Origin: Tannerellaceae bacterium
GTDB taxonomy: Bacteria > Bacteroidota > Bacteroidia > Bacteroidales > Tannerellaceae
Assembly (NCBI GenBank): GCA_048465615.1
Contig: DBFWLD010000061.1
Span: 38,789 to 102,788, forward strand
Direction: 5' to 3'
DNA length: 64,000 nucleotides
The notes beneath the pieces are model-generated. The model was not told where the DNA came from. It made no database searches and saw only the letters and a list, made by a program, of their open reading frames with translations. This document shows positions 26,311-35,200 of this stretch, piece after piece (position 1 is the stretch's first letter; every line of letters begins with the position of its first letter). The position numbers and the translations under genes are program-made.

Positions 26311-26368
26311 TGCAAACCGAGCGCAGAAGCAAAGCTTGCTTTGGTTATGCCCAGGTGCAGCCTATCTT
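26302..26368 (-). repeat. Promoter-bearing palindromic element in inverted orientation, overlapping the purC stop codon
   Basis: caaagatagtgcaaaccgagcgcagaagcaaag...gcagcctatctt. The terminal CAAAGATAG supplies the last purC codons and the TAG (26308-26310). Confidence 0.75.
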
Positions 26369-26398
26369 CATTTTTCAGAAGCAAAAATAAAACGAGAA

Positions 26399-27142
26399 AT
26401 GACAAAATACGGTTCGGAAAATGTATTGCCTTACAACCGGAAGGAACAGAAAGGCCGGCAAGTCAGGCGCATGTTTGACGCGATAGCCGGCAAATACGAC
26501 CTGCTGAACCATACCCTTTCACTCGGTTTCGACAAAGGGTGGCGCAGAAAGGGAATCGCTTTTCTGAAGCCCTTCCGTCCGCAGCGGATACTGGATATTG
26601 CCACCGGCACGGGCGACCTGGCTATTTCGATGTATCGCACGCTCCGTCCGGCTCAGGTTATCGGGGCCGACATTTCCGAAGGGATGATGGAGGTAGGCCG
26701 CCGGAAAGCGGCCGAAGCAGGCTTTGCGGAATTTATTTCGTTCGAGCAGCAGGATTGTACGGCGCTTACGTACGCGGACGATTCGTTCGATGCGGTAACC
26801 GCGGCTTTCGGGGTGCGTAATTTCGAAAATATCGAACAAGGTATCCGCGAGATGTACCGGGTGCTCAAACCCGGAGGGCATCTGATGATTCTGGAATTGT
26901 CTTCGCCGGAACATTTTCCGATGAAGCAGCTATACCGGCTGTATGCGACAACGGTAATTCCCTCCGTAGGCTGGCTTTTCTCGCGCGAGAAAGAAGCCTA
27001 TACCTACCTGCCTGCTTCGGTCGAAGTCGTCCCGCAGGGAAAAGTAATGACCGACCTCATCGCCCGCCAAGGATTTCTCGAAGCGAAGGCAAGACGGCTT
27101 ACTTTCGGAATTTGCTCATTGTATACGGCAACAAAAAAATAA
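26399..27142 (+). CDS. ubiE: Demethylmenaquinone / ubiquinone-family C-methyltransferase
   Basis: VRRMFDAIAGKYDLLNHTLSLGFDKGWRR followed by the SAM motif ILDIATGTGDLA. Start placed at ATG 26399. Confidence 0.9.
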   Translation: MTKYGSENVLPYNRKEQKGRQVRRMFDAIAGKYDLLNHTLSLGFDKGWRRKGIAFLKPFRPQRILDIATGTGDLAISMYRTLRPAQVIGADISEGMMEVGRRKAAEAGFAEFISFEQQDCTALTYADDSFDAVTAAFGVRNFENIEQGIREMYRVLKPGGHLMILELSSPEHFPMKQLYRLYATTVIPSVGWLFSREKEAYTYLPASVEVVPQGKVMTDLIARQGFLEAKARRLTFGICSLYTATKK

Positions 27143-27166
27143 ACAAATACTTACAACAGTACGGCT

Positions 27167-27910
27167 ATGCAAAAATATGGTTTATTGGGGTATCCGTTGG
27201 GGCATTCGTTTTCCAAAACGTATTTCAATCAAAAGTTCGAAGCGGAGAAGATCGACGCGGAATACCTCAATTTCGAAATTCCCACTATCAAGGAAATCAA
27301 GAACGTATTGAGAGAAAACCCCGAACTGCGGGGATTGAACGTAACGATTCCTTATAAGGAACAGGTAATTCCTTTTCTGGACGATCTCGACGAAGACGCG
27401 CGGCTGATCGGCGCGGTGAATGTAATCAAGTTTACCAAAGGTTTGTTCGGACGGACGAAGCTGAAAGGGTATAACTCGGATATTATCGGCTTTAAGCAGT
27501 CGATCGAGCCGCTTCTGAACGAATCGCACCGCAAAGCCCTGATCCTGGGCACGGGAGGCGCGGCTAAAGCGGTTTTCCAGGGGTTGAAGCAGTTGGGCGT
27601 AGGTTCCACTATGGTTTCGCGCACGCCGAAAGAGTTTTGCATTACTTACGACGAAATTACGGAAAAAACGATGGCGCAGTATACCGTCATCGTGAATACC
27701 ACGCCGCTGGGTATGTTTCCCAATGTAGACACATGCCCGCCTATTCCGTACGATTTGCTCACGCCTGAGCATTTGTTGTACGATTTGCTGTATAATCCCG
27801 ATGTTACTTTGTTTATGAAAAAAGGCAAAGAGAAAGGGTGTGTGGTGAAAAACGGGTTGGAAATGCTGCTTTTGCAGGCTTTTGCGGCTTGGGAGATCTG
27901 GCAACGGTAG
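27167..27910 (+). CDS. aroE: Shikimate 5-dehydrogenase
   Basis: YGLLGYPLGHSFSKTYFN, LNVTIPYK, GYNSD, and an LILGTGGAAKA Rossmann loop. Confidence 0.9.
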   Translation: MQKYGLLGYPLGHSFSKTYFNQKFEAEKIDAEYLNFEIPTIKEIKNVLRENPELRGLNVTIPYKEQVIPFLDDLDEDARLIGAVNVIKFTKGLFGRTKLKGYNSDIIGFKQSIEPLLNESHRKALILGTGGAAKAVFQGLKQLGVGSTMVSRTPKEFCITYDEITEKTMAQYTVIVNTTPLGMFPNVDTCPPIPYDLLTPEHLLYDLLYNPDVTLFMKKGKEKGCVVKNGLEMLLLQAFAAWEIWQR

Positions 27911-27975
27911 GTGGCGGACCGGCTTTGCCCGGGGCCTGCCGGCAGCTATGAAAATAATCAGGGGGCGGCGAGAAA

Positions 27976-28341
27976 ATGATAACAGGATACTATTGCACAA
28001 ATATTTTTTCTGAGCAAGCGAAAGAACTCATCGGGTTTTACAGGCAAATATTGGAAATACCCTTTATTAAAACCGATGATGACGATTCAAATGGGGTTTA
28101 TCTCGGCTTTATAGAAAACGCCCCTACCCTTTGTATATGGGATTGCCACAAATGCAATGTGCAGCCAACCGGACGCCAATCCTTTGTGTTTCAAACCAAA
28201 GCTCTCGATTTGACAAGGGAGAGCCTGAAGGAAAAAGGGCTTGCGCTATCTGAGGCCATTCGATATGATTGGGGAACTTACGAAGTTCGCTTGAACGATA
28301 CGGACGGAAACGAAATAGTGATAGTGGAATTTGTTGGATAG
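27976..28341 (+). CDS. VOC (glyoxalase/bleomycin-resistance fold) family protein
   Basis: 121 aa with a C-terminal WGTYEVRLNDTDGNEIVIVE beta-strand signature. The gene is visibly more AT-rich than its neighbours. Confidence 0.55.
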   Translation: MITGYYCTNIFSEQAKELIGFYRQILEIPFIKTDDDDSNGVYLGFIENAPTLCIWDCHKCNVQPTGRQSFVFQTKALDLTRESLKEKGLALSEAIRYDWGTYEVRLNDTDGNEIVIVEFVG

Positions 28342-28582
28342 GCGGTTTCCCTTTATAGGGGAATGACGAACATTTCGCGTCTTACGTTTTATGGGTATAA
28401 GGCGCAGGGTTGGTTTCATAGCCCTTCTTCATCCAGGCTGTCACAGAGTATGCCGCTTTATTCCCAGGCTTTAAGAAAACTTCTATCATAGGGGGGAGGG
28501 CGCCATGCTGTGCATGAAACGATTTTCCACCCTCTGCCGGCTAAAATAACTATTCGCGGAACAAAAAATAAGATGTTTTTTC

Positions 28583-28951
28583 ATGATAAAGGAGATAGCA
28601 GGTTTTGCCTATGATTGCAGGCATGCAGATGCTTTGGCTGATTTTTATGTAGGGTTGTTAGGGTGGGAAAAGATTTTGTCTGCAGGCGGCTGGGCAGGTT
28701 TGCGTTCTCCGCAAGGGTGGATATTGGCTTTTCAAGAGATCGAGGAGTATGTTCCGCCTACCTGGCCGTGGGAAGCGGACAAGCAGCAACAAATGGCGCA
28801 TATTGATTTTTTGGTCGACGACTTGGAAGAAGCGGTTTCTCATGCCTTAAAATGTGGAGCTACCCGGGCAGACGTACAGTATTTCGAAACTTCAACCACT
28901 CTTTTTGATCCGGAAGGACATCCCTTTTGTCTGAGTACGGTAAAACAATGA
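28583..28951 (+). CDS. VOC (glyoxalase-like) family protein
   Basis: 122 aa with FYVGLLGWE, HIDFLVDDLEEAV and LFDPEGHPFCL. Confidence 0.7.
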   Translation: MIKEIAGFAYDCRHADALADFYVGLLGWEKILSAGGWAGLRSPQGWILAFQEIEEYVPPTWPWEADKQQQMAHIDFLVDDLEEAVSHALKCGATRADVQYFETSTTLFDPEGHPFCLSTVKQ

Positions 28952-29307
28952 TTTTGCTTAACCGGCAGGATAGGCTTACCGCGTACTTCGTCTTTCCCTT
29001 GATTGCCGCCGGGATTTGGTGAAAAAAACCTTCTCCGCCACGCCGGCCGATAGCTGGGGCAGGAAATAAACCGGGTTGTACGCACGGCGTGCTCGGGCAG
29101 GGCCTGTTCGGGAATGGTTGCCGACTTATAGCGATAACGCCTGCCAAAGAGTTACGCCCAAGTCCTAAAAATACCCCTTGTATCCTTATTCGTATCCGGA
29201 AAGATCGAGCGGGTATACAAGGGGACGGTTGTTTTGAGGCGGTGGCTTCGGTTGGGGCGAAAACGGATATTCGATTCGCCCATTTCCGGCCGGGCTGTCG
29301 TTTTTTC

Positions 29308-29332
29308 AAAAAAAGGGGGCTCCAGCCCTTTC
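29308..29332 (-). terminator. Putative intrinsic terminator of the DUF3467 gene
   Basis: The minus strand reads GGAAAGGGCTGGAGCCCCCTTTTTTTG, a GC stem followed by a T7 run, about 20 nt after the stop. Confidence 0.5.
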
Positions 29333-29350
29333 CGCCTGAAAGCGTTTTTA

Positions 29351-29656
29351 TCAGGCTTCGCCTTTTACGCCGGCCGAAAATTCGTCGAATTGCGCGGTAT
29401 TGGCTCCCTTTAATTGTTCTTCGAATTTATCGATATTGTCCCGCAGGGCGAAGAAAAGACGTTTGGCGTTGTCGGGAGTTAAGATAACGCGGCTTTTTAC
29501 CGGAGCTTTGGATGCGCCCGGCACTACTTGGATAAAGTCTAAAATGAATTCCGAGGAAGAATGGGAGATGACGGCCAGGTTGGCGTAAGTGCCTTGCGCC
29601 ATTTCTTCCGAGAGCTCGATCTGAATCTCGTTGCCGGCGGCTTTGTTGTTTTCCAT
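29351..29656 (-). CDS. DUF3467-family protein
   Basis: 101 aa. IELSEEMAQGTYANLAVISHSSSEFILDFI matches the DUF3467 pattern as I recall it. Confidence 0.7.
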   Translation of the reverse strand: MENNKAAGNEIQIELSEEMAQGTYANLAVISHSSSEFILDFIQVVPGASKAPVKSRVILTPDNAKRLFFALRDNIDKFEEQLKGANTAQFDEFSAGVKGEA

Positions 29657-29694
29657 ATTGTTTCTTTTTTAAATGGTGATAATTAATTGCGGGG

Positions 29695-29762
29695 CAAAGA
29701 TAGTGAAAACCGAGGGCAGAAGCAAAGTTCCACTTTGATTATGCCCCGGCGCAGCCTATCTT
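29695..29762 (-). repeat. Promoter-bearing palindromic element oriented to drive the DUF3467 gene
   Basis: The minus strand reads aagataggctgcgccggggc...acTTTGcttctgccctcggttttcacTATCTTTG. The -7 box is at 29695-29702, 38 nt upstream of ATG 29656. Confidence 0.75.
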
Positions 29763-29849
29763 CGTTTCGATTCCTTCGAAACAAAGGTAGGGAAACCCCT
29801 TACCCGCCGGCCTGTCGCCCGGCTAACACCGTTTTTCCCCCGAAAAAGC

Positions 29850-29882
29850 AAAAACGGCTACCTATCCCAGGCAGCCGTTTTT
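29850..29882. terminator. Bidirectional hairpin (10-bp stem flanked by A and T runs), probably the terminator of the AraC-family gene
   Basis: AAAAACGGCT (29850-29859) pairs with AGCCGTTTTT (29873-29882). On the minus strand it is followed by GCTTTTTCG. Confidence 0.4.
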
Positions 29883-30121
29883 AATAGTTGTGTTTTTAAT
29901 TCTCAATTCTTTAGACCAATGTAAAAATACCTTTTGTGTTTGATATAAAATACGGTTTTGGCGTTTAAGTTAAGGTTTCTATTTAAATGCTAATCTCTTT
30001 CATTTTAACTTTACAAAAATACGGGGTTTAAAAGGAACCACCAAATACTTTTTCTACAATAAGTGATACTATTCCGTCAAAAATTGATATAAATCAATGT
30101 AAAATAGTTCAAATTCCTGTT

Positions 30122-31009
30122 TCAAATCCTAAAACGGGTACGGACGTATTTTTCCCGGTATTCGGTGGGAGTGATTCCTTTGCGGTTTTTGAAGGCCCGG
30201 TTGAAGTTCGATAAATTGTTGAAACCGCATTTATAGCAGATTTCGGAAATGCTGTCGGAGGTGTCCATCAGGCGGCAGATGGCTTCGGAAATGCGGATGT
30301 CGTTGAGGTTGTCGATAAAGGTTTTGCCTGTCCACTTTTTCAGGAAGCGAGTCAGAGAAGCTTCGCTCATGCTTATCAGGGAAGCCACTTCGGCCAGCGT
30401 GATACGCGACTGGTAGTTTTTATGCAGATAAAGCATGATGCTGTCCAGGCGATCGTTTTCCAGATCGGGCATTACTTTTACCGTGTTGTCTTCGCTCAGG
30501 CGGCGCGCTTTTTTGTCAAGCGAAAGTTTTTTCAGGATTTCGATCAAACGGAGCAGGTTGCGGAAGGAGTCGGGATGTTCGTCGTTGGAGAGCATTCGCA
30601 GGTCTTTGCGGATGCTTAGAACCATTTCCCGGCTGAACACCAATCCGTGGGTCGCGCCGGCAAACATGTCTTTGATGGTTTTGAAATGCCGCTTGTGGAT
30701 AAGGCTGTCGAAAAGGGATTCGTGAAACTGAATCGTGATTTCGTGGATATGCTGGCTGCGGCACTTATGGTTGTTGTAGGCATGGCGGGTGCCGCCGGCA
30801 ATCAGCACGAGATCGAGCTCGCCTATTTCCTCTACCGAGTCGCCTACGATGCGGTGAGCGCCCGCCGCGTTTTCAAGGTAATTGAGTTCGAATTCCAGAT
30901 GGACGTGCAGCGGGTAGCTGAACCCTTCTCTGGCGCGTTGGATGACCAGAAAACAGTCTTCGGCCGAGAGAGGGGTTACTTCGTTGAATACCTCCGTTGC
31001 TTTAGGCAT
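30122..31009 (-). CDS. AraC-family transcriptional regulator with an N-terminal cupin-like sensor domain
   Basis: C-terminal double HTH (ITLAEVASLISMSEASLTRFLKKWTGKTF...ISEICYKCGFNNLSNFNRAFKNRKGITPTEYR). Confidence 0.85.
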   Translation of the reverse strand: MPKATEVFNEVTPLSAEDCFLVIQRAREGFSYPLHVHLEFELNYLENAAGAHRIVGDSVEEIGELDLVLIAGGTRHAYNNHKCRSQHIHEITIQFHESLFDSLIHKRHFKTIKDMFAGATHGLVFSREMVLSIRKDLRMLSNDEHPDSFRNLLRLIEILKKLSLDKKARRLSEDNTVKVMPDLENDRLDSIMLYLHKNYQSRITLAEVASLISMSEASLTRFLKKWTGKTFIDNLNDIRISEAICRLMDTSDSISEICYKCGFNNLSNFNRAFKNRKGITPTEYREKYVRTRFRI

Positions 31010-31024
31010 AGGCCGCGACGTGAA

Positions 31025-31879
31025 TTAGTAGATTTCGATCGTGCTGACGACGGGGCAGTGGTCGGACGGATATAATTCGTTCAGGGTGTCGGTCAGTACG
31101 CCGTGGTCAAGTACGCGGATGTTTCCTTTTACGAATATATAGTCGATCCATTCCCGCTTCGCGAAAGGTATTTTTCCGAAATTATGAAAAGTCCATTCGG
31201 GGCCGTACTTCAAAGGGGCCAGATCGCGGCTATGGGTAAGATGACGGGGGTCGGAAGCATCGGTCAATACCCGAATGGGCTCGTCGGAAGGAGCGGCGTT
31301 GAAATCGCCGGTTACGATCACGGGCAGATCGCCGGCCAGTTGCCGGCTTTGTTCCAAGACGAGGGCGGCGCCTTCGTGACGGGCTGTTTTGCCCATATGG
31401 TCGAGATGGGTATTGAGGAAGAAGAAGGCTTTGCCCGATTGTTTGTCGCGAAGGACGGCCCAGGTGGCTACCCGCTCGCAAGCGGCGTCCCAGCCTTTTT
31501 TCCCGACGGCGTTAATATCTTCGGCCAGCCAGAAATTGCCGCTTCTCACTAGTTCGAACCGGTCGTTTTTATAGAAGATGGGGGCATATTCGCCTTTGGT
31601 TTTGCCGTCTTCGCGGCCTACACCTACATGGGCATAACCGGGGAGGCGGTCGGAGAGGTCGACCAACTGGTTATGGAGCACTTCCTGGGCGCCTAAGAGG
31701 TCGGCGTCGTAAAAGCGGATAAGATCGGCGGCAAAGTCTTTCCGGTTGTTCCACTGGTTTTGACCGTCGCCGGGGTTGTCGTAACGGATATTATACGACA
31801 TTACTTTCAGGTTGTTTCCGGCCCAAAGGAGGGGGAGGGCCAGGAAGAGGCCCACTACGATAGAGACGATTTTTTTCAT
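31025..31879 (-). CDS. Secreted endonuclease/exonuclease/phosphatase (EEP) family protein
   Basis: Signal peptide, then LKVMSYNIRYDN, LLGAQEV, TGDFNA and SDHCPV motifs. Confidence 0.85.
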   Translation of the reverse strand: MKKIVSIVVGLFLALPLLWAGNNLKVMSYNIRYDNPGDGQNQWNNRKDFAADLIRFYDADLLGAQEVLHNQLVDLSDRLPGYAHVGVGREDGKTKGEYAPIFYKNDRFELVRSGNFWLAEDINAVGKKGWDAACERVATWAVLRDKQSGKAFFFLNTHLDHMGKTARHEGAALVLEQSRQLAGDLPVIVTGDFNAAPSDEPIRVLTDASDPRHLTHSRDLAPLKYGPEWTFHNFGKIPFAKREWIDYIFVKGNIRVLDHGVLTDTLNELYPSDHCPVVSTIEIY

Positions 31880-31904
31880 GATAGAGGTGTATGCTTTTTT
31901 ACTT

Positions 31905-32104
31905 ATAAACTGTTTTGATTTTTTTAGGAGACAGCCATTTTAATTGTTTTATGGTTGTTTTCGCCTATGCTTTCAGCGTCTTTTCGGGCAGATCCATCGC
32001 GTTTCTTCGTCGGATAGGGCGGTTATCTTCCTAATCAGTGTGACGGATAGGTCTCCAAAAGCCGGCTCAAATCATCTGTCGAAAAAATCCAAACAGTTTC
32101 TTAG
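31905..32104. repeat. MITE-like element, 200-bp copy with ~21-bp terminal inverted repeats
   Basis: Left end ataaactgttttgattttttt (31905-31925). Right end gaaaaaatccaaacagtttcttag (32081-32104). It has no ORF and lies between the rpoC terminators and the EEP gene start. Confidence 0.7.
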
Positions 32105-32183
32105 ATACAAAAATAAAGTTTCCGTTGCGGATTCGCAACTTTGGAAACCAAAAAAGGGCATGGAATCCACAGATCCATACCCT
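32105..32183 (-). terminator. Two tandem intrinsic terminators downstream of rpoC
   Basis: T1: stem GGGTATGGA/TCCATGCCC followed by TTTTTTGG (32149-32182). T2: stem GTTTCC..GTTGCG/CGCAAC..GGAAAC followed by TTTATTTTTG (32105-32148). Confidence 0.6.
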
Positions 32184-32208
32184 TTTCTTATATTGGTTGC
32201 CGGAAGGT

Positions 32209-35200
32209 TTATTCTTCTTCCTTATCCATCGTATTGAAGTCGACTACATTTTTGCGGTTGGCGAAGATGCGTTCGAACTCGTCTTTGGCTCCGACTACCA
32301 GCTTGTCGAAATCGCGCTGGCCGGTACCGGCGGGAATCAGGTGTCCGCAGATCACGTTTTCCTTCAATCCTTCCAGGCGGTCTACCTTGCCGTTGATGGC
32401 GGCTTCGTTCAGCACTTTCGTGGTTTCCTGGAAAGAAGCGGCCGACATGAAGCTGTTGGTCTGCAAAGCGGCGCGGGTAATACCTTGAAGAATCTGGTTG
32501 GCAGTGGCCGGAACGGCGTCGCGTACTTCTACCAAACGCAAGTCGCGGCGTTTGAGCATGCTGTTTTCGTCGCGGAGCTTACGGGCCGTTACGATCTGGC
32601 CGGCTTGCAGGGTCTGCGAGTCTCCCGGATCCATGACGACTTTCTTGCCCCAGATACGGTCGTTTTCGTCCATTACTTCCAGTTTGTCTACTACCTGTTG
32701 TTCCAGGAAGCGGGTATCTCCCGGATCGACGACTTCTACCTTGCGCATCATCTGGCGGACGATTACTTCAAAGTGTTTGTCGTTGATCTTCACGCCCTGC
32801 AACCGGTATACGTCTTGCACTTCGTTGACGATATATTCCTGCACGGCCGTCGGGCCTTTGATAGCCAGAATATCGGAAGGCGTGGTAGCGCCGTCGGAAA
32901 GCGGCATGCCGGCACGGATATAGTCGTTTTCCTGTACCAGAAGTTGCTTCGACAGGGGCACCATGTATTTCTTCACTTCGCCCAGTTTGGAGGTAACGGT
33001 GATTTCACGATTACCGCGTTTGATCTTGCCGAATCCTACTTCGCCGTCGATTTCGGATACGACAGCCGGGTTCGACGGATTGCGGGCTTCGAACAACTCG
33101 GTCACACGAGGCAGACCACCGGTAATATCGCCCGCTTTGCCTACGGCACGCGGTATTTTTACCAGTACTTCCCCGGCTTTTACCGGATCGCCGTTTTCCT
33201 TCACCACGTGGGCGCCCAGCGGCAGGGAGTAGTTTTTCAGATAATTACCGTTTTCGTCGACGATGTGTGCGGCCGGAGCCTTGGTTTTGTCTTTCGATTC
33301 GATAATGATCTTTTCTTTCAGACCGGTGGTTTCGTCGCTTTCTACTTTGTAGGTGACGTTTTCAACTACGCTTTCGAATTCGATCTTACCCGACACTTCG
33401 GATACGATTACGGCGTTGAACGGGTCCCATTCGATAATGACGTCGCCTTTTTTCACCCGGGCGCCGTTGTCGAAGAAGAGTTTCGAGCCGTAGGGTATAT
33501 TGTGGGTGAGCAGCACGATCTTGGTGTTCGGATCGACGATGCGCATTTCCGCCAGCCGGCTGACTACTACCTGGTAGACCTTGCCGGTCGTTTCGTCGGT
33601 CGATTCCACGGCGCGGAGCTCGTCGATTTCCAGGATACCGTCGTATTTCGAAGTAATGCTGTTTTCGGTAGCAATGTTGGAAGCGATACCGCCGACGTGG
33701 AAGGTACGCAGCGTCAACTGTGTTCCCGGTTCGCCGATCGACTGGGCGGCGATAACGCCGACCACTTCGCCTTTTTGTACCATCTGGTTGGTAGCCAGGT
33801 TGCGGCCGTAGCATTTCGCGCAGACGCCTTTCTTCGATTCGCAGGTCAGTACCGAGCGGATTTCCACGCTTTCGATGGGCGATTCCTGAATTTTCAGGGC
33901 GGCATCTTCCCGGATTTCCGCACCGGCTTTCACCAGGATTTCTCCGGTAATCGGGTGCACGATGTCGTGTACGGATACGCGTCCGAGGATACGTTCGTAC
34001 AGGGAGGCGATTACTTCCTCGTTGTTCTTGAGTTCGGTGCAGATCAATCCGCGCAGCGTGCCGCAGTCTTCTTCATTCACGATCACGTCGTGCGATACGT
34101 CTACCAGACGACGCGTCAGATAACCGGCGTCGGCCGTTTTCAAAGCCGTATCGGCCAAACCTTTACGGGCACCGTGGGTAGAGATGAAGTACTCCAGCAC
34201 CGATAGCCCTTCCTTAAAGTTCGACAAGATGGGGTTTTCGATGATCTGTCCGCCTTCCGCCCCGCTCTTCTGCGGCTTGGCCATCAAACCACGCATACCC
34301 GAGAGCTGGCGGATCTGTTCTTTCGAACCACGGGCGCCGGAATCCATCATCATATAGATGGAGTTGAATCCGTCGTTGTCGTGCGTCAACTGGTTGATCA
34401 GGATATTCGACAGCTTGCTGTTCACATGCGTCCAGGTATCGATAATCTGGTTGTAACGTTCGTTGTTGGTGATGAACCCCATGTTATAGTTGGCCATGAT
34501 TTGTTCCACTTCGTCGTAGCCCTCTTTTACGAGCGCATCCTTTTCGGGCGGAATCAACACGTCGGCCAGGTTGAAGGACAAACCGCCTTTGAAGGCCATG
34601 TAATATCCCAGGTTCTTAATATCGTCGAGGAATTGGGCCGTACGGGCTACCCCGCAAGTCTTGATTACCTTACCGATAATATCGCGCAGGGCTTTCTTGC
34701 CCAGTACTTCGTTGATATAGCCTACTTCTTCCGGCACGTATTCGTTCACCATCAAACGGCCTACCGAGGTTTCGACCAACCGGTTGACGGGAGCGCCGTT
34801 TTCGTCTACGTCGTTGACGTATACCTTGATCTTGGCGTGAATATCGACTTTCTTCTCGTTGTAAGCAATGGTAGCTTCTTCCGGGCCGTAGAATACCAAT
34901 CCTTCACCCAGGGCGCCGCCGCGGAGTTTGGTAATATAATACAAGCCGAGCACCATATCCTGCGAAGGCACGGTAATAGGCGCGCCGTTGGCCGGGTTCA
35001 AAATGTTATGCGAAGCGAGCATCAGCATCTGCGCTTCGAGCACGGCCTCGTTGCCGAGCGGCAAGTGCACAGCCATCTGGTCGCCGTCGAAGTCGGCATT
35101 GAAGGCCGTACAAGCGAGCGGGTGCAACTGAATGGCTTTGCCTTCGATCAGTTTCGGCTGGAAAGCCTGGATACCCAGACGGTGAAGCGTCGGGGCACGG

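Noticed and set aside
28860-29309. A 149-aa minus-strand ORF in the gap between the VOC gene and the DUF3467 gene.
   Set aside because: The translation is Arg/Pro/Gly-rich with no motif. It overlaps the 3' end of the VOC gene and the putative terminator. It is treated as non-coding (see the finding for 28952-29350).
29885-30121. An AT-rich 240-bp stretch downstream of the AraC-family gene with a repeated CAATGTAAAA(T)A motif (~29918 and ~30096), considered as an origin-like or integration-site remnant.
   Set aside because: There are only two short imperfect copies and no flanking integrase or tRNA. The evidence is insufficient beyond a compositional oddity.
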